A stretch of 64,000 nt of DNA. Origin: Cenococcum geophilum. Lineage: Eukaryota. Under the pieces are notes generated by a model, which was not told where the DNA came from, made no database searches, and was given only the letters and a program-made list of their open reading frames with translations. This document shows positions 1-12,400 of this stretch, one piece after another. Where the stretch lies: the NCBI GenBank assembly GCA_050273025.1, contig CP158635.1, forward strand, positions 2,108,001 through 2,172,000. The letters run 5' to 3'. A program made the position numbers and the translations under genes. Position 1 is the stretch's first letter; each line of letters opens with the position of its first letter.

Positions 1-3000
1 TTAACTATTAAAGTTTACCCCCTTACTAACTCGAGAGCCCGTTTATACGTCGCGTCCTTATCGCGTCGCCCTTATTGCTTTATTCTTATTGCCAATTGCC
101 CTTATTTCTGTCTACCGTCAACTTAATGGAGGCCTTTGTTTTAACCGGTCGATCGTTATGTAGTGGAGGTAGTAGTTTTATAGGTAGTAGCCGTTCTGCG
201 GGCAAGGCTCCTGCCGTCCCTAAAAAGCGCGCCTGTTAGTCTTCTTAAAGTTAAAAAAGGAAGCGTTAAAAGATAAAGCCGGATAAAGCTCTGGCGGAGC
301 CTCTTACCTATTATAAAGTTGAGTCTAACTCCGCGCCAGAGCCTGCGGTAAGCTAGGCCTCTTAACAAAAGCGATTTGAAGTCCACGGCTAATAGTATAG
401 GCGTTGCGACGAGGTTGCGAGGAAGCGTGGAGGCTGTATAAAGAAGTCGCATATATGGGAGGAAGAGAAGGGATATGCGATAGTTCACGAAGCCATAGGC
501 GTTCGATATTACTACTACTGCTACTACTTAGATTAGAAGAAGGACCTAAAGTATAAGCCTCTCAGTAAGTCGCCCTGCTCTTATATAGATATCAGCTAAT
601 TTTAGGGTAGCGCTCGATGGTAATTCAACAGTATTAGGCCATTGGAAACGGTCCTATCGCATTAATTACCACGGTAAAGCAATTCCCCCTAAAGGCGCAA
701 TTATAAAATTCGTCAAGCAGCAGGATTATATTTGGAAGGCCTGGTTTAAAGCTTTTAAGCTTTTACTAATTCGATGGCTCGTATACTATTACGTCGCATT
801 TTACCAGATCGAAAACGCCTACTTTGTTAAATTAATTCAGCATCTAAATAAAAGCCTTGCCAAATTGCTTCCTACGCGAAATATAGTACGCAAATGGGTA
901 ATAGGAGAGTTCAAAAAATAGAAGAGATAACTGCAGGAGGACTTACACCAAGCTCGATTAAGTATCTATTTATTCTTTGACTTATAGACGTTACCAAATT
1001 ACTACGCCATTATTGCGATAGTTGCCCATTATATTAATCGCGACGGAGTACGCCAGGCAAAGCTTCTTGGATTGCGACAGCTAGAGGGAGAGCATAGCGG
1101 CGCCAATATAGCCCAGATGGTTCTTAATGTAATTAGTAAATATAGAATTAGCAGTTATCTTAGGTATTTCGTGCTTGATAACACGTTAAGTAATAATATA
1201 GCAGTCGACTTAATTCTTAAGACTCTCTACCCCCAAATGACAGCTAAGCAGCGGAAACGTTGTCGTATTTGGTGTCTTGGCTATATAGTTAACCTAGCTG
1301 CCCAGGCCTTTCTTCTGGGCAAGACTGCGGATACTACTTTAGAGGAGCTCGAGTTAGCGTATAATAGGCGGGATTTTAACGCTATTGCGGCAATTTAGAG
1401 AAAGTAAGGAGCGCTTGGTCGACTACATAATATAATAAGGTATATTAGGATGTTGCCGCAGCGTCGTAAGGAGTTCAAGAGAATTGTAATTGGTGGAGAG
1501 TGGGCAGAGTTTAATTAGCTTGAGGTAAGTCCTATTACTGCCTCTCTATAACGTAATAAGACAGGAGTTTAATTAGGTACGGCGCTAGATTATCTATTCC
1601 CCCGGGCTATCTACGGTCGCAATATTATTAATATTCTAACTTTTTACTCTATAGTTAATTTAAAGTAATTCAACCCGGTAGAACTCGTACTTTAGCTCTA
1701 TTATACGCGCTATTAACTGTAAACAACGTATCTAAAACTTCTGTAATAACCATATGCCAAAACGCGGCGAAGGCATAGAAAATAATACCCTCACAAATTA
1801 CCACTGGTTCCTACTTGAAAAGCTCTTATCCGTACTACAACCCTTCTACAAGGCAACTATATATGGCCAGGGCCATAAACACACGCTTTACCGCTGGTTT
1901 ACTACAATAGATTGGCTTCTTAGATATCTATTTAATGCGAAGGAAGATTTTAAAGAACTACAAGAGAAGCACGGCAACAGTGAGGAATATACCTACTTGG
2001 AAGCTTCGGCTTTTGCTTTATGGGAGAAGTGTGAGCAATACTATAAGTATGCGGATGAGAGCGCTGCCTACTACGCTGCGCAAGTTCTTCTTCCGGATAA
2101 GAAGTGGGCGTGGTTTAAGCAACAATTCAAGGGTAATAAAAAGAAGAAATATTGGCTTTGTGGCGACCCTAAGGATCCTAAAGATCTTGGTATACAAGGC
2201 CTTGTAGAGGAGCTCTGGCAGGAGGAATATAAAGGCAAATATACCACCGCGGCCGCTTAGCAGTCATCTACTACGGAGTATACACCTGGCGAAACTTTTG
2301 GTAGGCTATATTTGCACGAGCAAGTTAAACATACACCCCTTATGAAAGCTGACGCCTACTAAAGCTATATACGAGCAGAGCTGGAACCTAATTCGGATCC
2401 TCTGGCTTATTGGAATTCGCTATATTTCTCACAGCCAGAGCTCGCCCGATTTGCTCTTGATATGCTAGCTATACCACTTATAAGCGCTGAATGCGAGAGA
2501 GTATTTAGCTCTGCAAAACACCTTATTACTAACTCTCGCAATCGTCTTAAAGCTAATATCGTTAAAGCAAACGAGTGCTTGAAGTCCTGGTATGGGCGCC
2601 TAAAGCCCAAGGCCTTTCAGCGAGGCGTCGATCCTGACGTTGACGATTTATATAAGGAAGAAGCTGCTGCCAAAGCTGCCGCCAAAGCTGCCGCCAAGAA
2701 AGATTCTAATACAATAGGTAATGCAGATGAGGAAAAGGATAAGGAAAAGGGTAAGGAAAACGATAAGGAACAGGACGAGCAGGAAGGGGAGCTTAGTGAA
2801 AGCGATTGCGACGATGACGGTGATAAGAGCGATAAGGGAGATGCTATCAAATATGTAGTTATTAACGATTGATTCGACTCAACACTATGCCAAGACTCAC
2901 GATATTTCTAATCTCATTTGGTTTATCTGGTTTAACCGGTTGGGCAACCGGTTGGGGCCTTCAAATGGGCTATTGGTTGGTTACGAGGGCAAAATTTGTA

Positions 3001-3025
3001 ACCAACCAGACCAATTACATCACTG
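1..3025 (+). mobile_element. hAT (Restless/Tfo1-like) DNA transposon, RIP-mutated; left end lies outside the window
   Basis: Transposase fragments RQLEGEHSGANIA, YFVLDN, and the hAT dimerisation motif LAIPLISAECERVFSSAKHLITNSRNRL. Right end reads CCAATTACATCACTG (reverse complement CAGTGATGTAATTGG, a hAT-like CAG start). Many TpA-rich stops. Confidence 0.9.
126..2872 (+). pseudogene. hAT transposase pseudogene with a probable intron at about 1525-1653
   Basis: ORFs 1072-1398, 1754-2260 and 2462-2872 are colinear hAT transposase segments. A GTAAGT...CTAAC...TAG intron precedes the de-RIPed LIQSNSTRWNS motif. Acidic C-terminal tail. The start position is uncertain. Confidence 0.8.
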
Positions 3026-4360
3026 CCTTCATCTCGGCGGGAGCCGCGACCAACAGCTTAGATTTATTTCTAACGCAGCTCATGAATGTTCTCGGTATTA
3101 CAAAATATCGAAAGCTACAACAAGCTACTTTAACAAAGTCCGTAAAGAAGAGGTACCCTTTGTTCGCGTGTGGGAATTAGTAGAATCAACCAGGGCTTCC
3201 ATCAGTATTGAATATTGAAAGAGAATATATAAAAGTATATAAAATAGCCAGTTTTATGGATTCTGCTATAATGAGTATTAGAAATATATACTCTGCTATA
3301 CGCAGTAGAGTATAATAAGGTGTATAAAGGCTATAGGACAATATAAGGTGGCTATTTTGGACGTAAGGTGTCCGTTTTGGGCGTGCGTTTATGCTAAGGC
3401 CTTAATTATGCACGGTTCGCAGCCTATATTTGTATGGAGGCTTGGCAAAAATTCAATATTCAATATCTTTTCAATACTGAATTACTATTCAATATCAATA
3501 TCAATACGACCTTATACTGATATTGAATATTGATGGAAGCCCTGGAATCAACCAGAAGGCGCCACGGCATCGACGAACAACCTTCCACACCATGGCAAAT
3601 GCTCTACTGCTTTGATGCGATCTTGCTATATTGTCAGACTTCATCGCACAAGTTCATGAGAGCCCCAGCCGCATCAAATTAGAGAACTCTCTCGATTTAT
3701 CAATCAACCGACAGGACTGCGGCGTACTTGCTGAAGCCGCCAAGGCCTCCAATAACCCTGTTCGTGAAGCCGAAGCACGTATTTTCTAGGCCCGCTACTG
3801 TGCCATCGAACGATCTACGTCCCGCTTCGATGCTGCTCAAGCGCTAAAGAACGAAGCTGAGATCCACCTCGACACTGCCACCTCTCTTTGCGAAACGCTC
3901 TGAGGGGAGGTACCCAACCTGAAGCATATAATGACTGAGATCAAAAGTTGTCGAAAGCAATCTCCAGGATGGTGCATTCTTCAGTTTCGTTACTACTGAA
4001 GAGCGCAGGGCCGTGCTTGCGGCTATCAAAAAGGAAGATCAAGAATGAGAATTCTGTCCGATTGACGTATATACAGTCAAGATCAGCAGCCAAGACACCC
4101 CTGATCTATGCCGAATATAGGAGAGCTAAATTGACAGGGGTAATCACGATCGTTCGACAACGGCTACCGCGAATGAGTTTTCTGGAACGGAACATTGGTA
4201 TAATTGCGCCAATGGCCATCCGTCCACAGTTGGTGAATGCGGACGTCCGGTTGAGAAGGCGAAGTGTACCATTTGCGGTGCACTCGTTGGGGGAGTAGAC
4301 GACGGGGATGAGGAGGGTGTAACGAGGGCGGATGGCTTGGAGAAGGAGGCTCTGCAGTAG
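3026..4360 (+). pseudogene. C-terminal part of a fungal ZNFX1/NFX1-type zinc-finger helicase-like gene (RZ-type zinc finger), pseudogenised
   Basis: Manual translation gives KVRKEEVPFVRVWELVESTRRR (across the MITE), ALLL*CDLAILSDF, FFSFVTTEERRAVLAAI, and EFSGTEHWYNCANGHPSTVGECGRPVEKAKCTICGALVGG...EGVTRADGLE*. Stops at 3613-3615 and 3787-3789, frameshifts and TE insertions. Confidence 0.85.
3191..3544. mobile_element. 354-bp non-autonomous hAT-type MITE
   Basis: TIR CAGGGCTTCCATCA / TGATGGAAGCCCTG (14 bp perfect, about 25 bp imperfect). Perfect 8-bp TSD GAATCAAC at 3183-3190 and 3545-3552. No coding capacity. Confidence 0.95.
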
Positions 4361-5508
4361 TGAGCTTAGTGATAGTGGGAAGGTGAAGGTATCAGTCTTG
4401 TTTCTGTGGACTTTGCCTAGCGGGGATGGTCTGTTTATGTACAGAAAGCTGTTTAGCTGTTGCCGTAAGCCTTTCTGCGGAGTAGCTGTTTATTTGGGTG
4501 GAATTCTGTTTCCGAATAATGTGGTGGATAGGTCTGCTTATGCTAAGCACTGACTTGTTCTTGTTGCTGCGGGGGGTAAGGATGGCTGGTCTGTTTCTTT
4601 TCAAATGCTTTGTGTGAGGTTCTAATCGTTGCCACAAAATGAGCCTAACTATAAGCTTATGGTTCTTATTATCGGTTCTCTGATGCTTTGTTCACCATCG
4701 CTTTGTACACATAAAGAACCATCATGATTGGAAAACACACAAAGCACATCAACAAAGAATTTTTCTAAAATAGGGTAAAGAAAGATACCGTCTTCAGCTT
4801 ATTATCATGTAATTGGTGTATAAATTTCTCGGAGTAAAGGGATGTTGGAGGAGTTATTTTACAATACTTACCAGGATGAGGGAAGACAAGAATGATCACC
4901 GCAAAACCAAACGCCGGACACACCTCCGCACGGAAGGAATAAAGATTTGTGGAGAGGCGCGATGCACAACCCGGTTTGCCCACGCATTCGAACGATCCCA
5001 AGGGTCCAAGATCGGCCTTGGTCCGACCCTGCGCCAAAACCTGGTGGAAGGGGCAGTGACATCATCGCTCATCTCTCATCAAGGCGCGCGTACAAAATCG
5101 TGACTAGGCACCTTGGGGCATTTATCCCCTTACAAGAGCATCAACCTCTGAATGATCGCTGAAAATATTCTTTAGCAAGTCTTCTATGTTGTAGGAATTT
5201 GGTCGGAATTTAAGCTACGAAAATGTCGAATACATCTCGTGTGATTGCTAAGGGTGCGTTCGGTTGCAGCTCCAGAACCGAGTTGATCTGGAGCCCCAAT
5301 CTGATCTGGAGGCGACTGTTCGGTCAATCTGACGACTTTCTAATCTAGAGCTCCTCTAGATCGGCAACCGCGTTAAATTCGCACGCTTTACCATATATAG
5401 TAGTTAAATCTAAGGTCTTAGCGTTAGATTAATCTAGAGCTTTTTTTTCTAGATTAATCGTTAAGTTAAATCTAAAGCTCTGCTTATACGCCTATCTAAT
5501 TACCCACT

Positions 5509-6754
5509 ATGCCCCTACTACTACTACCCTTACCGATAACGGTATTACTATAGTAGCTGTAGGCCCTATATAATATCCTCTTCTTAATCCTTACTGTCGC
5601 CGCTTAGATCTAACTAGCTAGTGTTTATACTTAACACACTAATATATAGCGGGGGATATTATAGACAATATAGTTGCTTTATAGTCACCTATAGAGGCTC
5701 TATAATTTAACAAGGATGCGGCTAAAGGTATTTAGGAAGTTGCTTAAATAGCTCTAAATTAATAGTGGCTTAAAGGATATAAAACTTCTATTAGTAGTAA
5801 AGAAGCTATTAATATTCCTACTAATATTTAGTAATAATTAGTTATACTAGTTGGTTTATAAGGAAATATAGCACGCCTTATTAATAATTAAGGAGTAGGT
5901 AATATATACTTTAAAGCAGTCCTTTTACTAAAGCTAATTTAGTATATAGAGTAGTATATTTAGTTCTTCCTAGGCTTATTAAATTATATAAGGAGCTTAT
6001 TAATCTACCTAAAAATACTATACTAGATAAGATTATAGATGACCTAAAGTAATATCCATTCTTTGCTAATTATATTAAAGTACTTAATAATACGCATCTA
6101 CTAATTGCGATTAAAGGTAGGTATAAGCAGTAAGCTCCCTAGTATAGTAGGAAAGGTATATTAACGCAGAACGTTTTAGCTACTATTAATTTTAATATAA
6201 ACTTTGTATATGTTCTAGCTAGATAGGAAGGTACTACCTATAACTATAAAGTTATTAATTCGGCAAAGAAGAAAGGCTTTAAAGCTTTATAAGGTTAATA
6301 TTATCTTACTAACGCTAGTTATTTAAATACCTTTATAACGTTAGTACTATACTAAGGCGTTTAATATTATTTTTATAAATAAGCTTAGGTAAATATAAGG
6401 CCGTAGAATATAAAGGAGCTATTTAATCTATATTATATAGGACTTAGGAATATTATTAAGCGTACCTTTAGAGTCTTTAAGAGACGATTTTAATACTTTA
6501 AGGTAGTAAGATAGAACTTCCCTCTAGTAATATAGGTTCTTTTAGTATATATATTAATAGTAGTATATAACTTCTTAAATATATATAATCCTAATAATTT
6601 AGAGGACTATAGTATAGTAGAGAATAAGGAGGTTAATAAGGAGGACGTATAGATAGTAAAGGAAGAGAGTAAGGTTGCTATAAATTAAAAATGGGATAAA
6701 ATTGCAGAGCTTATATAGAGAAGCTATTATTAGGTAATTAGGAGGCCTTTATAA
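5509..6754 (+). pseudogene. Harbinger DDE transposase (DDE_Tnp_4-like), RIP-inactivated
   Basis: The de-RIPed reading YYLADAGY...NAKELFNLRHAGLRNVVERTFGVFKRRF is recognisable at about 6300-6490, with a VLAGWEG-type motif near 6210. Confidence 0.85.
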
Positions 6755-6829
6755 TATCTAGGTATATAATCTATAGGTAAATTACTATACTAAATTATAT
6801 ACTAATATATTTTACTACTATAGAGCGCA

Positions 6830-8460
6830 CCTTAGAAGAGCTTCTTAATATAATAACTTTCTAATAATTATGTATAGAAAAGCGGTTGCTTTAATTTTAT
6901 AGAGTATATTTATAATAGGTTTAAGGACTTATTAATTTATATATAAAAACCTTACTAAAAAATAAATTTACTAATAGTAAAGCAATTATAAATATAAAGT
7001 AAAAGTAGTTACTAATTTTATATAAACTTTAACCCTTAACGTCTTCCTTTTTCTTTATTTTTACTAAAGTTCTATCTATTAACCTCTTCTATAACGCCCT
7101 TAATATAATTAAAAAGGTTCTTACTATTAATTTTATCTTAAAGGCTTCTAGAATAAGTACTTAATTATTAAGGTTTATATTATTAAACTCGTTAAGGAAC
7201 TCTACTAAGGCCTTTTTTAGAGGCGGCTTTTAACTAAGAAGCTCTTATATAGCTCTAATCTCTTTTAATACTAATTCTATAGTCTCTTCTAGTAGGTTCT
7301 TTATTCTTTACCTATCTTTAGATTGCTAATACTTTATATCTAGTTTATTTAACTAGGCAGCTTATTTAGTAGCGCGTTTTCTTATAGCTAGTAAAGATAT
7401 TTAAGTAGGCGTTAACGAAGGCGTATAATAAAGGCTTAGGCTTACTAAGGACAATAATTATTAACTAGAAGGTGTAGTAGAGCGATTATCTAAGGAAATA
7501 TTACTGGCTAATAAAGCTAACTAACGCTATTCTATAGAAGATTAAGGTTTATCTTTATTAGCTACCTTATTATCTTCCTTATTAGAAGACTCTTCCTCCT
7601 TACTCCTGCCGTCCTATATAGTAGTAGTACTTTCCTCCTCTATTAGTATAGGATTAATTAGCGGCCCATTCTCTATTTAATTAAGAGCTTTATTAATAGT
7701 AAGAGTGTAGTTACCCGTTATAACTATACCTTAAAATAGCTTATTAAGCTCCTTTAGGAAAGGCGGTAGAGTATTTTAAAACTTTATAATGTTAGGATTG
7801 GCTTTAAAATATTTATTTATAACGTCTTTAGAGGCAACTAGTATGCCTTTATATAAGCTTTATAGTATAGGAAAATTAAATAAGCGATTTAATTGTAAAT
7901 AGAGGTCTAAAGGGTCTATATATATATATAAGGAAGGTATAAATAATAAGATAAGAAAGGAGTAATTAACCAAGTTATTAACCGAGTTAGTGGTTAAGTT
8001 GGTGGCTTAAGTTAGTAAATAAGTTAAGGTAAGCGAGTTATTAAGTAAGTTAAGGGTAGGCTTAGGAGAGCACTAGTAGTTAGTTATACTTTATTATTGT
8101 TCTACCCCTAGCTAGATTAGCTATAAAGCTCCTTCTATACCTTCTAGTCCTTTTTATAGCTTTTATGCTTACTTTTAAGCTACTGTATAGTAATTAGATA
8201 TTAAGTCTTTACCTATACGGCGTTTAGAGCTATCTACTAGCCTTCCTTTTTATATAAGCTATCTATATGGAGCCCTTTCCAAACAGCCTCTACTAGGCCT
8301 TTAACTATAGCTTCTTCTATTTTATAAGTCTAGTTAATATGCTGCTTCTTTAGAGCTGCTTAGCGAGCTGTGGGCTATATATAAAGGGGTAAAGGGCGTA
8401 AAGAACGTAGTATATGCGTATTAGTAGCAGGAGTAGGGGTGGCAGTTATTAGTAATATAG
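6830..8460 (-). pseudogene. Harbinger second gene (Myb/SANT-like DNA-binding protein), RIP-inactivated; boundaries approximate
   Basis: Convergent decayed reading frame inside the Harbinger TIRs, with a PFLKEL.(E)LF.G..VTG-like motif at about 7700-7770. PIF/Harbinger elements typically carry this second gene. Confidence 0.55.
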
Positions 8461-9474
8461 TAAGAAGATACTAAAATAAGGAGCTAGTAATAAAGGTTTA
8501 GTAGTAGGTACGTTTTAGTAGAGGATTAATTAATGTAGGCAGAAGATGTTACTAATTTTAAGCCTTATCTAAGGCCTTTTTAGAACGGTTAACCGAACAG
8601 TTGGCTTTATTTTAGATTGAGTACGACTACCAGATTAAGCGCCACTAATTATCTACTAATTGACGCCGGTCAAAGCATGGACCAACGTCAGATTGAAAAA
8701 GCTCCAGATTGCAACCGAACACACCCTAAGACTGATCCAACTGCCCAGCAGTTGCAGCCGTCACGGCAGGTGGAGTCGAGAGAGCATTATGCGAGCGCGA
8801 GCGCAAAGGTAGTGATATAACACCTTTCGTCTTTCCTATCTATTAAATATCTCAATTTTGGGTTATTTTTTAGCAGATTCTATCTTTTCTCCTTATATTA
8901 CTCTTTCAATATCTCGTTTTCACTAGAAGTTTTAAGGGAGGAAGAAAAAATCTTGTTATAACAGGTCATTATATATCTAATGCTCCACCGCCATAAAACT
9001 ACCCTATATCCACTAATTTAGTTACCAGGCCGGACTCAACCTCAACATCTTCGGCGTCTTCAGCGGCGCCCTCTCTTCTAAATCGAAGAAAACAACCTAC
9101 AACAACCCGGACGGCTCGTCCCGCTCCGTCGAAGAGCGCAACGAAGTGGCCCAAGGCTGCGGCCAGGCAGCGCTGAGCGGCGCCGCGTACGCGCAGGCGG
9201 AAGCGCAGGAACGGAAGCGGGCGCAGAGGCAGGTGGAGCGCGTTGACCATCTAGGAATTGAGGGATAAAGCAGAGTAAGACTGGGCTGTCAGCGTTTACG
9301 AGGCTGGGCGCTATGCAAATGGCCGAAGGCGCTTTGGTTTGGTAGATTGGCTGAATTGTATGAATTATCTGATGTGGATGCGTTTACGAATTCCATTACT
9401 CACCCCACCGAAATCATCTTTACCCAAAACGCCTTTGCTCCAATGAGTTTCCTAAAAGAATAACGCCGTAAATG

Positions 9475-12400
9475 TCACATGCATCGCCTCATCCCCCTGA
9501 CTGCTCTTAAAGCAGCCGCAACATGCCACGGCACAGCTCCATGTTTGCTCCCCCGCATGCCCTTCAGGCGTGCCAGTAGCCCTAGACCTCGAAACTGGTT
9601 TAGGACTTCTTTAAGTAGGTTTTCAGCCGTGGCGCGCGACTGCGCTGTCGACGTCCAGCTCATACTATTCGAGCTTCTCTCTGTGCTTCCCTGCATGCCC
9701 ATGCCGCCTGGGCTTACCCCGTCGCTGGTTGCAGGTGAATTGAAGGGACTGGACCCGGCACGGGTCCCGCCGATAGCACCAACCCAGAGAATGTTGATGC
9801 CGATGACTATAGGGCCATGACTAAGGTCCGAGGATTGGCTTGGTGATGTGGTTGCGGAGCTGTCACCACGTTTGACCAGGAGGCCGCTGATGAGAGCAGG
9901 GCGGTACTCGACTGCTGAGTGTGAGTTGTGAAGGCGGTGGGAGAGGACGATGCCCCATGTCTCATCGGTGATGTCGATGAGGCGAGCGTCAGGGTCAGCG
10001 CTGGGGTCGGAAATGAGATCGGAAGGAGTGGCGACTGGAGTGAGACTGTGTTGGTCTGGAGATACACCAGGTTGGGGTGTTGAGACCGGTGTGGATGATG
10101 CGGGGTTGGCGGAGGAGTTGCAGGTAGAAACTGAGGTAATGGTAGGAGTGAGGGTCAGTGCAGGCGAAGTGTCGACCGCGATGAGCGTGGTGAAGAGGTT
10201 GAGCTGGGTAGGAGAAGAGGCAAGGGATACCCAAGCTGTAAAGCAGATGTTAGCGTGTGCCCTGTGAAATGGACGAGCTGACTTACCTTCTAGCTCTTCG
10301 CGCTCCATTACGCCGGCTTTAGCGATACAGACCCGCCAGGTGACTCTTCGTGTTTGAATGATTTCAATTGTTGTTTGCCAAATTTCCCGAGCTATCTCGC
10401 CAAAGGCCCTGCTACCTACGCAGTATGACACGACAGTTTGATGTTTCCCACAATTGTCACTCCATGCAGCACTAATCCAAGCACCATCCAAACTGATAGC
10501 ATATCCAAGGTGCATATAAGAATTCTCACGAAGCAAATCGGAAGGTGGCTCAGCAGTGAGCTTGAATTGTATGCTCCTTGGTAGTGCTTCTTCAAGCTGG
10601 ATTGATGGGGCTGAGTATATGCTTAACGGAGTTTTGTCCTCGCTCATCTGGTTGGGCGGACAACGATCATAGACCTCGCGAGCGAGGTTAATCAAAGTCC
10701 ATGGTTCAAGAACCACTGGTGCATCGAATGATGCTATGTACTTCATTGGTACTATCTGGAGAACTAGGTCAGGGTTTGGGGAGTAATCAGCTCGAGCCTT
10801 AGCGCCTTGCCCGTATGCCTGAAACAAGAACCAAAATGCTGAACATAGTTCCCAGAGTGCGACCGGAGTCTCGAATGGGTCGACCATATATACTACGAAT
10901 GCGTCAATCTTTTGGGCCTCGTCCTTGTCTCGGGCTTCAGAATAGGAGCTTGCAAGTGCTTTGCCAAGTTGAACACAGGTATCCCGCACTGTTCGTAACG
11001 CAGCTCGCATTGAGACTGGACTGGACATTCTTGAAGGTACTAGACCGGCTTCGGAGTCAGCAGTACTATCACCTCGAATGTGATTCCCAAGTTTGCATCC
11101 TTCATAGACGATTCCAATATTGTCGAGAAAGTTTTCCACGCGAGCTCCGAGAGTTTCGCTGTGCGGATAAATGCAGTAAGTCACGATGTTCTTGGGGCCG
11201 CTCGTGGGAGCTAATCCTAAAGGCTCCCAAAATGATAGTGCTGGTGGCAAGAGATCCCAAAGCGCATCCGCCCGGCGAACACGTATGTGAGGGGGGCCAA
11301 TCGGATACAAAAGATGTCCTGAAAGGGGAGTGTCAATTGATATTCGCAATTAATCGCGAAGGCAAACAGCCATAGGATTGACTCTGAATGTTGTATCGCG
11401 ACATACCTAGAGAGCCCGCACCATCTCCGCCCTGACCATAGGGGCCATTCGTTCTTCGAGGAATCGCTCTGGGTTGGCCCTTCGAAGCCTGCGAGATGTC
11501 TGGAAAGATGTCTTGAATTGTCGCATATTTCAGTAAATCGCAGTCAACGGTCTTGGAAAATAGTTCTTTTACAACTGTTTGTATAAGATTACCTGGACTG
11601 AGAGGACCTTCATTACTTGTATCGCATTTTTCGCGACTATGATTATCCTCTTGCAGTATGTCTATGGAGCATCAGTATTGCCATTGACGTTCCTGTGGTT
11701 AAGACCTTCATGAGGGTTGACCCTGAAGTAGAATATTTGATAACAGTAGCAAATATGCCAGAAACGGAAAATTAGGGATAGAAGAATTCCTCTATATCAT
11801 AGCAGCCTTTTCTTGTAGGATAGTAATTAAATAGAGATTTGGAACTTACCAAGTGTCGCTAACACAATCTGAGCAGTGAGTATTTGAGCAACTGCTATAG
11901 TATCCTTGCCACTTAAAGTCGGTTTCTCATCGGCAGAATCGATGGCACCGTCTGCTTGCGAAGCTAGAAGCTGTGGCTTCGGCGGCCACCCTGGCGAGGA
12001 AAAAGATAAATCATTCCGGAAAGTTGGGGCTGGTAGTTCAGTAGAAGGCAAATCAGCCAAAGACCAATCCCATGGACTGGGCTCAAACCAAGTGAGGCAT
12101 TGGTCGTCAGTCTGGAGCACGGGTTAGCTATAAGGCTCAAGCCGCAAATATAGTTCACTAAATCTTCAGACACCCCACTACAGACCGGCATCACAACTTA
12201 AGAGAGGCGATCGCTGAGGCTGAGAATGACATGAGATCCTTAAGAAACGATTAGGCATTTACCTGGACCATACTTCGCTTAACTGCAAAGTCTTGGTTCT
12301 CTCCATTTGTCTTTGTCTCGCCGAATGAACTTGCAGATAATGGAGTAGCACTTGGTGTAGCATTCTCCTCTGCAACCCATTTTCTCTTGCTAGGCCAGCT

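Larger units (their letters stand above)
5252..8726. mobile_element. Complete PIF/Harbinger DNA transposon, heavily RIPed
   Basis: TIRs GGGTGCGTTCGGTTGCA / TGCAACCGAACACACCC. TAA TSD at 5249-5251 and 8727-8729. Two convergent decayed genes inside. Confidence 0.93.

Noticed and set aside
4765..5162. Several overlapping 65-96 aa ORFs
   Set aside because: No motifs or consistent splice structure.
8999..9250. 83-aa minus-strand ORF downstream of MED13, GC-rich, preceded by a possible splice acceptor
   Set aside because: No recognisable motif and no credible upstream exon; may be 3' UTR or a relic.
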